A stretch of DNA of 63,826 nt, counting the filler, from Octopus bimaculoides (taxonomy: Eukaryota), in NCBI RefSeq assembly GCF_001194135.2. It is 6 parts of 4 records of this genome, joined end to end, with 100 filler letters (N's around TTAATTAATTAA, not from the genome) between each part and the next. Parts side by side here need not be neighbours in the genome. Positions count along the whole stretch, not along the records: positions 1 to 29,677 come from NC_068987.1; positions 29,778 to 49,481 come from NC_068985.1; 4 more parts are not named here. One strand, given 5' to 3'. The translations under genes and the position numbers were made by a program. The notes under the pieces were generated by a model that did no database searches, was not told the DNA's origin, and saw only the letters and a program-made list of their open reading frames with translations. Each line of letters starts with the position of its first letter. The stretch's first letter is position 1. Shown in pieces: positions 25,707 to 38,425 of the stretch.

Positions 25707-25797
25707 TTTTCATAAACGAGTTCATCATCAATAGAAAAATAGTGAACATTAGGCTTTGATCGTGGTCTGCCTCGGAGTGTAGCAAAGTACAGCCGAT
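25707..25797 (-). CDS. CDC14: CDC14-family dual-specificity phosphatase, exon 2 (91 nt, phase 1 to phase 2)
   Basis: Acceptor tttttattgttcatttttatag, donor gtaagt. Encodes [31 protein letters not shown], closely matching human CDC14[32 protein letters not shown] as I recall it. Confidence 0.93.
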
Positions 25798-26346
25798 CTA
25801 TAAAAATGAACAATAAAAAGATACATTTATTTATTGCTTCTGGCATAATTAGATTAATAGTTCATTAACAGTATATATATTCATCTATGAAGTTGATTGA
25901 TGCCTCTGTGAAAGACAACCTCAAACAGGGCACTAACAGTATAACCAACTACAGTATAAAAGGTAGTATTTCAGTATAACCAAACTTCATTGCCTGATAC
26001 CATTATATATGCATAAAACGACAAAACAGCTGTCATTCTGAGTCAGAACAGACTTGGGAGTAATATTATTTAAGATGTTACTCTATACTCCCCACAACTC
26101 CAGAAATCTTGAACTAGAATCTTACCACTGGATGCAGGACACACACACACACACACACACACATTTTTTGCATTTTGCAATAATGCAGACTTGTAAGTAT
26201 ATTATTAAATATAAGTTATTTGCATGTTTTTGAGTTGCAAAACGAATTTGTTGTGATATTTAGATTTTCTTTTGTTAAATAATGGTTCAACTAAATATTT
26301 CTCTGTCATTTATGACTTTATACACTCCTTATCCCTTTTCTCATGC

Positions 26347-26985
26347 ACAAGGGGGTACCCCAAAGTAACCGGAAACGTTTTCTGAGGCAAGCCCATTGTA
26401 GTTCAGGCTTCTGCCACTAGAAGCCATTTGATGCAACCCTCAGGGCATCAGTTTGCTGACCAGCATTGTCTGGTGAGGTTGTACTACCATGTGGTACATT
26501 TTTGTTTTGCAGTGCTTCTTCCCTGTTTGTTGATTTTTGCAACGCTGAAACAAAGGAACAGAATGCTTCCATAAAATTCTGGGAAAAACACTAGCTGAAA
26601 CAGTTGTCATGCTTTAAACAGCTTACAAGGCTGCTACCACAAGCAAAACACAAATTTACAAATGGTTTCCACACTTTAGGAATGGTCACTTGTCACTTGA
26701 GGACTAACCTCATTCAGGATGACCAACGATCTCCTGAACGAATGAAAACAACATGAAAATTCATGAACTAATCTTGGAGGACTGTCACCAAACAATTCAT
26801 GAACTTGTTGATATGACTGATGTGTCCTGGAACACCTGCCAATGAATTTTGAGTGTGGAATTGCAAATGAAAAGAGTTGCAGTAAAATTTGTACCGCACT
26901 TGCTCACAGAATATGAAAAGCAGTCATGACTGAATGCATGTCATAAACTGAAAGAATAGTTGGAAGTTGATCCGCAAGTGTAAAC
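26347..26985 (+). mobile_element. Mariner transposon, 5' half, decayed
   Basis: TIR-like caagggggtaccccaaagtaaccggaa, then an HTH region: EQNASIKF, SKTQIYKWFPHFRNG, LED.PHSG.P. Confidence 0.8.
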
Positions 26986-26999
26986 AAATCAAAATCGCT

Positions 27000-27200
27000 G
27001 ACATGGCCGATGACAGTACCGCCTCATTGGCACTCATGCCAGTGGAAAGTTAAAAGCACATCTGAGCGTGATCGTTGCCAGGGCCATGGATTGGCTCCCG
27101 TGCCGGTGACACGTAAAAAGCACCATTCGAGCGTGACTGTTGCCAGCGTCGCTTTACTGGCACATGTGTTGGTGGCATGTGAAAAACAAAATTCGACCCT
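27000..27200 (+). mobile_element. RTE 3' UTR internal repeat fragment
   Basis: gtgccggtgacacgtaaaaagcaccattcgagcgtg units, as at 30430-30930. Confidence 0.7.
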
Positions 27201-27659
27201 ATGAACTTCTACGACTATCTTATAAAAACTCTCTGATGAAGTACCCTAATTTTATCTACAGATTACTACAGTACACCGAAAAGATGGAAATAACATGTGG
27301 GATACTGTGACCCCTTGACAGAAACACCTATAAGAAACTGGTCTTCTTTCTCTAGAAATTACTAATACTTTACACATGTATAAATATATTATCAGAACTG
27401 TTTTAAATAAATAAATAGACATAATACAATGTCTAACAGCTGATGAATAATACCTCTGGATTCCCTCCATTTTCTTCTTACCATCTAAATTAAGAGTAAA
27501 ACCACTTATCCTCACCTAATGTATTAATTAGGTATTCTACCAGTAGTATATTGGATAGATACTATCCCTTGGTTGGTTGGATTCACAACCTCTAACTCTC
27601 TTTGAACATATTATATATATAATACATATTATATGTGTATACATCTTATATATATACTC

Positions 27660-27812
27660 TCTTTTACTCTTTTACTTGTTTCAGTCATTTGAATGCGGCT
27701 ATGCTGGAGCATTGCCTTTAATCGAGAGAATCAACCCCAGGACTTATTCTTTGTAAGCCTAGTACTTATTCTATCAGTCTCTTTTTCCCGAACCACTAAG
27801 TTACGGGGACAT

Positions 27813-27815
<3 letters not shown>
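27660..27815 (-). mobile_element. SINE family B 3' tail
   Basis: cttttactcttttacttgtttcagtcattt...gacttattctttgtaagcctagtac. Also present at 29465-29670 and 46930-47150, and in + orientation at 59380-59580. Confidence 0.75.
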
Positions 27816-27857
<42 letters not shown>

Positions 27858-29777
27858 GCGCGAGCATGAAAAGTAATATTCTTAAGATTATAAACCTGGA
27901 AAAGTGCAGGACAATTATTATACCTGTAAAAGTATAGGACATACTATTACTTCAAGTAAAGTGAAGAATAAGAAACGTTTCACTTAAAATATTGTAGCAA
28001 AGAATGCCACTTCTTCTAATTTGTCACTCTTTATAGTTCTCATCTTTTAAATTTATTGTACAAAACTGTTCGGCTAATTTGTAAGTTTGTCTAAGGAGTC
28101 ACTTTTTTCTGTATTTAAGGTAGTAAATTAGCCAAATTCTACTTAAATAAGTATAGTGTTATTTGTAANNNNNNNNNNNNNNNNNNNNNNNNNNNNNNNN
28201 NNNNNNNNNNNNNNNNNNNNNNNNNNNNNNNNNNNNNNNNNNNNNNNNNNNNNNNNNNNNNNNNNNNNNNNNNNNNNNNNNNNNNNNNNNNNNNNNNNNN
28301 NNNNNNNNNNNNNNNNNNNNNNNNNNNNNNNNNNNNNNNNNNNNNNNNNNNNNNNNNNNNNNNNNNNNNNNNNNNNNNNNNNNNNNNNNNNNNNNNNNNN
28401 NNNNNNNNNNNNNNNNNNNNNNNNNNNNNNNNNNNNNNNNNNNNNNNNNNNNNNNNNNNNNNNNNNNNNNNNNNNNNNNNNNNNNNNNNNNNNNNNNNNN
28501 NNNNNNNNNNNNNNNNNNNNNNNNNNNNNNNNNNNNNNNNNNNNNNNNNNNNNNNNNNNNNNNNNNNNNNNNNNNNNNNNNNNNNNNNNNNNNNNNNNNN
28601 NNNNNNNNNNNNNNNNNNNNNNNNNNNNNNNNNNNNNNNNNNNNNNNNNNNNNNNNNNNNNNNNNNNNNNNNNNNNNNNNNNNNNNNNNNNNNNNNNNNN
28701 NNNNNNNNNNNNNNNNNNNNNNNNNNNNNNNNNNNNNNNNNNNNNNNNNNNNNNNNNNNNNNNNNNNNNNNNNNNNNNNNNNNNNNNNNNNNNNNNNNNN
28801 NNNNNNNNNNNNNNNNNNNNNNNNNNNNNNNNNNNNNNNNNNNNNNNNNNNNNNNNNNNNNNNNNNNNNNNNNNNNNNNNNNNNNNNNNNNNNNNNNNNN
28901 NNNNNNNNNNNNNNNNNNNNNNNNNNNNNNNNNNNNNNNNNNNNNNNNNNNNNNNNNNTTACAAACAACAAAACCCCAAAACCATCAGTTACCAAGCTCA
29001 CTTTAAGTAACCTAATTTTGCAATATTAGGAGGTCACAGGAATTCATTCAACAAAAAAAAAAAGTTTTCCAGAATTGGGGAGGAAAACTCCCCCACCCTA
29101 ATTTTTTCCGAACCCAAATAAGGGATTGCAGCATATTAGGATGTCAGGGTACTTGATTCCCCGCAAAAACTAAAATTTTTTTTGTTTCTTAGTGAAAATC
29201 GTGCAGGTGTTAATATAGAAATTGACCATAATGTTGTTATTTAGGCTCAAATCAACCCTGATACTGCAAACCAATCATCAAAGACATTCCAGCCTTGAGA
29301 AAATCATCTTTTTAGGGATAATCTAGGACATTACATACAATGGGTATGTGATTTAGGTAGGGGGATACTTTGGCTGCTATTTGATGCATGTTCAGCAACC
29401 AGGTAGAGGCTCTTTCAATGGTTCGAATCTGTGATGAGATATTTTACAGATATATGTAATATACTTTTATTCTTTTATTTGTTTCAGTCATTTGACTGTG
29501 GCCATGCTGGAGCACCGCCTTTAGTCAAACAAATCGACCCCAGGACTTATTCTTTGTAAGTCTAGTACTTATTCTATCAGTCTCTATTGCCGAACCGCAA
29601 GTTACAAGGATGTGAATACACCAACATCAGTTGTCAAGTGATGGTGGGGGGACAAATACAGACACACAAACATAGACNNNNNNNNNNNNNNNNNNNNNNN
29701 NNNNNNNNNNNNNNNNNNNNNTTAATTAATTAANNNNNNNNNNNNNNNNNNNNNNNNNNNNNNNNNNNNNNNNNNNN

Positions 29778-29813
<36 letters not shown>

Positions 29814-29828
29814 GAGTTGTTAAAGAGA

Positions 29829-29874
29829 TTCAAAAGCATACCGGTTTCATAATGTTACTAATCATTGCATTGAA
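29829..29874 (-). ncRNA. Decayed minimal hammerhead motif
   Basis: ttcaatgca-ATGATTA-gtaacattat-GAAA-CCGG-TA-tgcttttgaa. There are two core substitutions relative to CTGATGA. Confidence 0.4.
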
Positions 29875-29886
29875 TGCACTGAACGA

Positions 29887-30264
29887 TGTCAGGTCTACTA
29901 GTCCCTGAGTAAATCCTCACTACAAAAATTTGGCACCTCTTTTCATTGCTATTTAAAGGAGAACTGGAAGAGGTATCTGGATGATTGCTTTATACTTTGG
30001 AATTTCCTAATTTTTCCCTTCTATCAATGTTCACAGAACACCTCAATACAACAAAAAATGAATAAAGAGGCAACTTTCATCAATAAATATCGTTCACAAC
30101 TAAATATGACCACGACATAATATAGAACACTACTAATCTTTCATTTAATACCACTAACACCCATACATCCCATACACCATTCACATTACAGATCTAGATC
30201 TACTCTAAATGCACCAAATCCAGAACTACCTACCTCCCCTACTCAGGGACTAGTAGACCTGACA
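29887..30264 (+). mobile_element. Penelope-like RT fragment bracketed by perfect 25-bp inverted repeats
   Basis: NWKRYLDDCFILW at about 29962-30000. tgtcaggtctactagtccctgagta at 29887-29911 and its exact reverse complement at 30240-30264. Confidence 0.7.
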
Positions 30265-30930
30265 CCAAGTGAGACCAAAATCCAAGGCCTCTGCCAGGGA
30301 TGTAGCCAGCCCACTTATGCTTACCATTCCTTCCTTGGACACTAAACTCCGCTTGCAAAGACCTGTTGAGGCAAGTGAAATCGAAATCGAACTAAATTTG
30401 ACGACTGGCCCCCATGCCAACGTCTCTTTCATTGAGCACTAAACTCGGCTTGCGAAGAACTGTTGGGGCAAGCAAAAACGAAATCGTGTCGGCACCTGTG
30501 CCAGTGGAACACTAAGAGCACCGTCCGAGTGTGATCGTGCCAGAGCAGCTGTCTGGCTTCCGTGCCAGTGGCACGTAAATAGCACCATTTGAGCGTGATC
30601 GTTACCAACGTCACCTTCCTGGCATTTGTGCTGGTGGCATGTGAAAAGACATTCAAGCGAGATCGTTGCCAGTGCCGCTGGACTGGCTCCTGTGCAGGTG
30701 GCACGTAAAATACACCATTTCGAGTGTGGCCGTTGCCAGTACCACCTGACTGGCCTTCGCGTCGGTGGCACGTAAAAGCATCCACTACACTCTCGGAGTG
30801 TTTGGCGTTAGGAAGGGCATCCAGCTGTAGATTGGAGCCTGGTGTAGCTACCTGGTTCACCAGTCCTCAGTCAAATCGTCCAACCCATGCTAGCATGGAA
30901 AGTGGACGCTAAACGATGATGATGATGATA
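30265..30930 (+). mobile_element. Long RTE-LINE 3' UTR copy (young, CpG-retaining)
   Basis: The same sequence directly follows an RTE ORF stop at 48720. It has internal 63-68-nt repeats and a (GAT)n tail. Confidence 0.8.
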
Positions 30931-32391
30931 TACATAGACATATATATATATACATATACATGCATGACTTGATAGTGGTATATGCCATAATTTTTGTTAT
31001 AGTTTTTAGGTACCCATTTGTTTGTGAACAGACACATATTCTCGTGTTCTTTTTACTTTTAACTTAGTGAAACATTCAGAATGTGGTAAATAGTGGGAGA
31101 AAGAGAGAGATGTTTACACTAGCAGAGGTTGGTACTTTGTCAACTTCAAATGGATGAAAAGCAAATTTGACCTTGGTGGGACATGAACTGAGAACAGAGA
31201 ACTAGATGAAATATTGCAACACCTTCTGACACTATAATGGTACAGTCAATCAGTTACTTTCTGTGTGTGTGTGTGTGTATGAACCATTTGACTTACTAGT
31301 TATTCTTTAACTATTAATATTGTTCTCTGCACCCACATGTTACAGTAGCCATTCTATCCCCCTCCTTGGACCACCAAATTATCTCTCTTCATGCACTATG
31401 CTGTTTCTCTATCCTGCTCCAGCAGCCTACAGAAACATGTCATCTTTCTGCTTCCTCTCTCAACTGTATCACCATTCCTACCCTACAGCTAGCATCCCTC
31501 TAACCTCTTTAACACATGCATTCCCTCCCCTCAACCCTTCCTAATCTTTACCCCTCTTGCTCACTTCCCTATCTCTTCCCCCCATACACTTTTGCAACAC
31601 TTAACCCACTACTGCTCACCTTGTACCTTCAGGTGCTACCTGGATGCCTCATCACACATATACATCCGTGCACACAAGCTGGGGGCATCTTGATTTCGAG
31701 TGTTAACATCATTTAATTGTTCTCTCAAAGCAGCATGGATGTGACTTTTCAGTCCTGTTAGGGACTTACACTTTTTTGCACTGATATAGAAATGATGGGC
31801 ACCTCTTGCAGCAGATGTTCAGGGAAGTGACCACCGACACAGACACACATGCCTTTATTCCATCAAGGAATTTTTCATTAAATGTTTTGCCTATTTCAGC
31901 TATGACCAGCCATAGCGTGCAACATATAATAGAGATAAAGTCAAGTGATGTTTTGTGCCTGAAGATTTTTAAACTGTAGAAACGCCTTGCTTGGGGCCAG
32001 TCCTACTCTCTAAACAATGTATGAATTTGCCTCAAAAGATGAAGTATTCAGCATCAACTCACGACTACTCACCTCGCACCGTCAGGTGCCACCTGGATAC
32101 TTCATCTATTTCTGTGGTGATACCACCAACTCATCCTCACCCTTTCTCCTAAAAGTGAGTGGCCATGTAGCTCCTCTACCACAAGAAACTGCTTTACACC
32201 ATTGTCTTCCTTCATGCCTTAATCTTCATCTAACATAGGAATGCAGCAACCCACTCCTTGGGTTTGTAGATTGCTGGTAGCACAAAACAAAAGCACCCAG
32301 TATATGCTGCAAGCCATAGAAACCGTACCAAAGCAAACACTGGAATACAATGCTAGCATTGAACAGGGATACTAAATGATGATGATGGTGG

Positions 32392-32425
<34 letters not shown>

Positions 32426-32537
32426 ATGTTTGTGCTTATGTATACTTATGTATAAAAACAGTCAAACATTAACTGAATGATCGCTCAATATATTTGAGTA
32501 TTATATTTATTTATGCAAAGAAAAGGTTGACACTGAC

Positions 32538-32586
32538 TTTGGAGTTTTGCTGACTTGTTCACATTATCAGTTTGTCTGTCCGACAT
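32538..32586 (-). CDS. CDC14: Candidate alternative first coding exon of CDC14 (MSDRQTDNVNKSAKLQ)
   Basis: ATG in ttcaaATGt, 49 nt, donor gtcagt, phase 1 compatible with exon 2. No recognisable homology, and it abuts a gap. Confidence 0.3.
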
Positions 32587-32855
32587 TTGAAAAAGTNNNN
32601 NNNNNNNNNNNNNNNNNNNNNNNNNNNNNNNNNNNNNNNNNNNNNNNNNNNNNNNNNNNNNNNNNNNNNNNNNNNNNNNNNNNNNNNNNNNNNNNNNNNN
32701 NNNNNNNNNNNNNNNNNNNNNNNNNNNNNNNNNNNNNNNNNNNNNNNNNNNNNNNNNNNNNNNNNNNNNNNNNNNNNNNNNNNNNNNNNNNNNNNNNNNN
32801 NNNNNNNNNNNNNNNNNNNNNNNNNNNNNNNNNNNNNNNNNNNNNNNNNNNNNNN

Positions 32856-32905
<50 letters not shown>

Positions 32906-32996
32906 TCATGCATATATGCACACAAATATACAAACATACCTGAATGCACATATATATGCTTACAGAAGTAAATGTAACACATACAAAATATAAGCA

Positions 32997-33027
<31 letters not shown>

Positions 33028-33768
33028 TGCATGTATATATATATATATATATATATATATGCATTTTGTTTGTTATTCTTTCTTTTAAGTAATATTTGTT
33101 TTTATTTAATAGAATTAACTGAGATTATCAACTGACTGTCTTGTATTTATTAATAAGCCAAAAGCCATTGAACTAGTTGCCTGACCTTGCAGAGTAAACT
33201 ATAGTAATTATGTTGTGGAAATTAGCCTTTTACAATAAATCTATTCTGATCTACATAATATTTCAATGAGCATGAGGGAAAGATGATAAATAACATGAAA
33301 AAAAAAATCCCCAAAACGTTTAAATACTCTCCACCCATCATTTGATGATAAGCGGGATAATTTCTGTTTGATTCACATTTAGAAAACACAAGCACCAAAT
33401 CTTTTCCTCAAATAATGAAAAATTAAACTTATATGTGTGTGTACCTAATGCTAAAGCATATGTATATTGAGTTCTCAAAACTATTTTTTAGTGTCACTGT
33501 ACCCAAATGAAATAAAAAAATATCTATCTATTTTGCTTAGGCATAGTGATGCTAATAACTTGGTGTTAGAACTCAATATATATGCTTCAAAGTGAAGTGC
33601 CTGTTGAATACAGAGTGGTAATAAGAAATTGGATTTACAAAGGAATAAACAATTATGTTAGGAACTTCATTAGTTTATAGCTGTTTCTGCTTTTAGAGGC
33701 AATGCACTTATAGTTGAAAGCTTGAGTATCACCCTATAGCTTCATCAGTGCTTTAAAAGTAAAGTGCT

Positions 33769-33802
<34 letters not shown>

Positions 33803-34775
33803 TGGAATGCACAAATCAAGAGCTTGGTGCAGCAAAGAGAAACTGAAAGTGAAACTGCATCCTTTAGATATATATGAACAAAGATCTTCTTAAAAGTTAT
33901 TAACTATTTAAAAGAATTGTTTTTCAGGAACAGAAAGAATGCCACAAACCTTTTAGAAGGAAGTTTTCATATCACACAATATGAAAACTTCTTACCAAAT
34001 GGTTCATGGCATCATTTCTCAAAAGGATATTTTAAATAGTTAATAACATTTAAAAGAATTTAAAAAAAATATTGTGACTCTATGAAGTATTTTTGCAAAT
34101 TTTTAAATAAATATATATATGTTTATATATATATATATGCATGTGTATGTATAATTTTTATTAGCTTAAGAGCAACAGTAATGACTCAAGGGCTAGAGTT
34201 TGGAACTAAAAATTTTATCATACACATATGACAAATAATATACACATGTATGATACTGGGTGGAGATTTTAATTCATATCAGTTCATTTTTGATTTAAAA
34301 AATTTTTGAAAATGAGAGAAGAGACAGTTAATTTTAGACTTAATGAAATCTATATTTAAGAAAATTATTCAGATACCTGGGTTTAAAGAAATAGATAGAA
34401 AGGACATTTAAATTATTAGTTTCTTTTGACTAGATTCAATGACCCTATGTTTTTCAGGGTAGAATGTTAAGTAGAATGAAAAATTGTGAGATTCTTACTT
34501 TCCCTTCAAGTGTTTATGGCAAAAGTGAAAGGAAGATAATGGCTACCAAAATGTTGGCACCAGAATATTACTAGTCTCCTTAGTATCCAGTAAGAAAATC
34601 CTTTGCATAACACTAACTATTTGTCTGAGTTATAAAAAACAAAAGAGAAAAAGAAAACAAGCATCAAAAGTTCAGGTTACTATAGAAACAGAAGAACAAG
34701 TTATGAAAGAAAAAAATGTCTATAGAAATTGTTCTATTTATAAATGTAATTTTTCTTTTTAATTTACAAACTTAC

Positions 34776-34890
34776 TTTTTTTCTTTGGCTTTCTCTCTTT
34801 TGTTGGGATTGGAATGTCACATGGTATTTCTGGATTTGGAATCGCCTTTTCAGGGAATTCACAAGGTATTTCACAAGAATCAATCGACAT
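34776..34890 (-). CDS. CDC14: Candidate first coding exon of CDC14 (MSIDSCEIPCEFPEKAIPNPEIPCDIPIPTKERKPKKK)
   Basis: ATG in aaaaATGt, open 115 nt, perfect donor gtaagt, phase 1 compatible with exon 2, CpG-retaining patch just upstream. The link to CDC14 is inferred from strand, phase and position. Confidence 0.6.
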
Positions 34891-37511
34891 TTTTGTAAAA
34901 CGTGTTTTTTTCCCAACAAATGGGTAGTATAATATATAAAAAAATTGTAGTAGTCCAAAACTATTAATTGTTGAAAGCTTGTATCGGAATATGAACGAGA
35001 TTAGCAGGACTGCTGCTTGTATGATTTACGATATGTCATTTAATCATTTTAGGGATATCAAGCAGCTTTCATACATAATCTTCAATTATCTATTTTAAAA
35101 CCCACTGACCGAGATTGGATTTAAAATCAGTTATGTGAGGCTGCCTGTTAGAGTATTAAGATATTTTTGTTTTTGCCAAACAAACAGTATAACTATTATC
35201 ATCATCCTCATCTTCATTTTAACACCCACTTGCATAGGTTGGATAAAATTTGTTGTGGCAAATTTTCTATGGTCAGGTGTCCTTATTATCATCAACCCTT
35301 ACCTGTTTCCAAGAAAGGTAATATTTTCCCATGGTTAGACATATTTGTGTAGAAGATTGGAAATGAAGACCACTGCTTGTATAACAGTGACACTCACAAC
35401 CATCTTGCAATGCCAAGGCAAAGAAACTGTAATACATACATACATACATACATACATACATACATACCTACCTACATACATACAAAAGGCTTCTTTCAGT
35501 TCAAGGATATAGTCGAATACACTTGCCCAAAGTGCCATGTCATGTAACCGAACCTTAAACCATGCAGTTGGGAAGCAAACTTCTTACCATGTGGCCACAC
35601 CTGCACCAACAGAGCCATGCTTGTACAAACTATGTAAATTATAAATTACACATAAGTTATGAGGTTTCCTGTTCGATTATTATGCTTTTGTTTTGCTGAA
35701 GTCCAGCAAGTATACATAATCAAACAATCTGTTCTGAAAGAAAAATTACTGTATGTCTAGTGATATTTGTTCTGATTTTATATTCTGGGTTTGAATCTTA
35801 CTCAGGTCGATTTTACCTTTATCCTTTCTTGGTAGGTAAAATAAAATACCAGTCAAGTACTGGGATTGAATATAATCAATTATTCCTCTTCTCCAAATTC
35901 CAGGTCTGTGCTTGGAAACAGTTGTCAGTTTAAACATTTTAGAGCATATTACTTAACTGAGCATCTTGCTAATATTTGTAAAAGAGATTTATAGTTTAGT
36001 GAACAGACATGTTTTAAAATCTTTTAGCTAGGAGAGAAGGGAATACATATGACCCTTTATAGGACCTTCAAAAGTAGTGGGAGAGAGGAAGATGTTCTCA
36101 AACTGGAGACATGGCTTGAATTTAATAGAGGCACCCAAAGTGTCAGGAGGTGGTGTGAAGCAGGATGATGGATTAGATCTATCACTCAAGTAGGTCTTAG
36201 TGAGATTTGAACTCAGATCACAAAGACTTGGAACAAATGCCATAAAGTGACCAGTCTGACATTCTTCAGCTTATCCACTGCTGTGCATTGGTACTTTATT
36301 TTTATCCACTCTGGAAGACAGAATGCAAAGGTTGACAAGAGATTTGAATTATTCTTACAATGTAAAATTTCCTTCACCATCATAATCTTTGAATGGACAG
36401 ACAGATATACAAGGGAGACACTGACATATATTCCTGCCTCTTTGTCTCCATCATACAATCTTACAGTTCAGTGACAGCTATTGTTGTTAATTCACTCCTC
36501 TAGCTACCTTCATAAGTCTAAGAGTTTTGAAAGAAATTCCACGAAACAATCTATTTAAAACTAACAAATCTACCAATTTGCTGAGGATAACAGACAAGTC
36601 TGACTCTGGTGAAATTTGAACTGGTAACTCAAACTAATTGAAGTAAAATACAGTCATACATTAAGTCAGCATGCTAAAATTTCAATTAACTTCACACTGA
36701 TACTAAATTATAATGATTAATGCTCTGAAGCTGTTAAAAATTCTGTTTACACAAAATCATTAAGAAAAATTTTTAAAAAATCTTGTTAAAGTAATCAAGA
36801 TAATTAAAAAATAATTTAACCATAATTATAACAATAATCAATATTTAAGTCAATTTTTTATATAAATTTTCTATAAATGTTCTATCTTGAAGCAAGCTGA
36901 AATTTTAATATTATATAAAAAAAAAAATGAATTTGCTAATAGTTTTGTATTCTTTAATGAAATATTCCTTCATTGCATTAAAAAAAAAATACTATCAATA
37001 CTCAATATTTATCTTTTTTAAAAGGAAATGAAGCAATTTTGAAAGGGTGACTGTTGACTTATGCTAATGCCATGAAGCTTTTCCTGTTCAAAGCATTTCA
37101 ACCTTTTATGTAATATAACCTAAGAAAGATCAATCATTCTTAATCAGCTTCCAAATGTAAAACTCCCTTCTGAGAATAATAATAATAATAATCATAAAAT
37201 AATATGCAAATGTATAAGTTTTTAAAACACTTCACCTCGTCTAATTACTCATGATTACATTTTGAAGTGATTAGAACAAGATAATTAACTAGGAATTGCA
37301 GCCGACATTAAAGGGACTGCTTTATTGTCAAGCATCTGTTTGGTATCTTCAACCCAAACACACCACTCTCACTTACATATGTCATCCAGCTACAGTATAG
37401 GTACTGAAAATAGATTCAGCCAACAGACAAAGTGATTCAGAAAACAGACAAAGTGTTTTACAAGTGATTTTATGAATTTAAAAAATGCAAAACTCAAATC
37501 TTCTTCAACAG

Positions 37512-37568
37512 AATTTACAACAGTTTGGTAGCCATCTATGCAAGGGATGTGATATTTTCTAACTACTT
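37512..37568 (+). CDS. Candidate internal exon of an unidentified plus-strand gene (IYNSLVAIYARDVIFSNYL)
   Basis: Acceptor tcttcttcaacag, donor gtgagt, open only as phase 2 to phase 2. No homology recognised. Confidence 0.35.
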
Positions 37569-37939
37569 GTGAGTGAGTAGATAGACAGAAACTGTACATA
37601 CTGTCCTGTACATGAATATGTGTGTGTATATATATATATAAGCACGAGTCGAATGAGGGAAATAAGAGATGGACAATTGTAAAATTTGAGAGGTTACAAC
37701 AGGTAGACAAAAATTCAAAAGGTGATGGAGAAAATGTAAAAACACACACACACATGCACAAAGTTGTGCACAGTGAATTTATGTTGAAAGAAGGAAAAGG
37801 AAAAAGTAGACTAATATTTCAGGCAAACCTTTTGTCAAAGAGTAAAAAAGAAAGAAGCAAATAGAAGGAAATAAGAAGGGAAACGATACTTGTCTAACTA
37901 TTTCATTTCTTGATGAAGTCATTAGGCAAAATAAATTAC

Positions 37940-38425
37940 ACAGTGTGCAGGAGAGGAGACTGCACTGATTTGGTTATGAGATACAGAGAGATGAGGAAAG
38001 TTGCACAAATAAGTGTCAATCACTTAAAGTGGAGGGAAGTTGGGGAAGAGAAAGACCCAGGAAGACATGGGATGAAATACTGAAGGCTAGTCTCAAAGTA
38101 CTGAGCCTTACAAAGGAGATGGCAGGACCAAGATATGCAGTACATTGCTGTACTCAAGATGACCTGCCCACCACAACAGACTTAAGATCCTAAAACGAAT
38201 GTAAGAAAAGCATTAGTGTGAGTGCTGGTGCCACATAAAAAGCACTGGTGCTGGTGACCTGCAGAAAGCACCCAGCACACTCTGTAAAGTGGTTAGCATT
38301 AGGAAGGGCATCCAGCTGTAGAAACCAAGCCAAAAGACAATAGAACCTAGTACTTCCCCTGAAAATGCCAGTTTCTGTCAAGTTGTCCAGTATGGAAAAC
38401 AGACGTTAAATGATGATGATGATTG
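37940..38425 (+). mobile_element. RTE-LINE 3' end plus tail, decayed
   Basis: gggaagagaaagacccaggaagacatgggatgaa (GRPRKTWDE), then the ggaagggcatccagctgtagaaac tail and (GAT)n. Confidence 0.75.
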
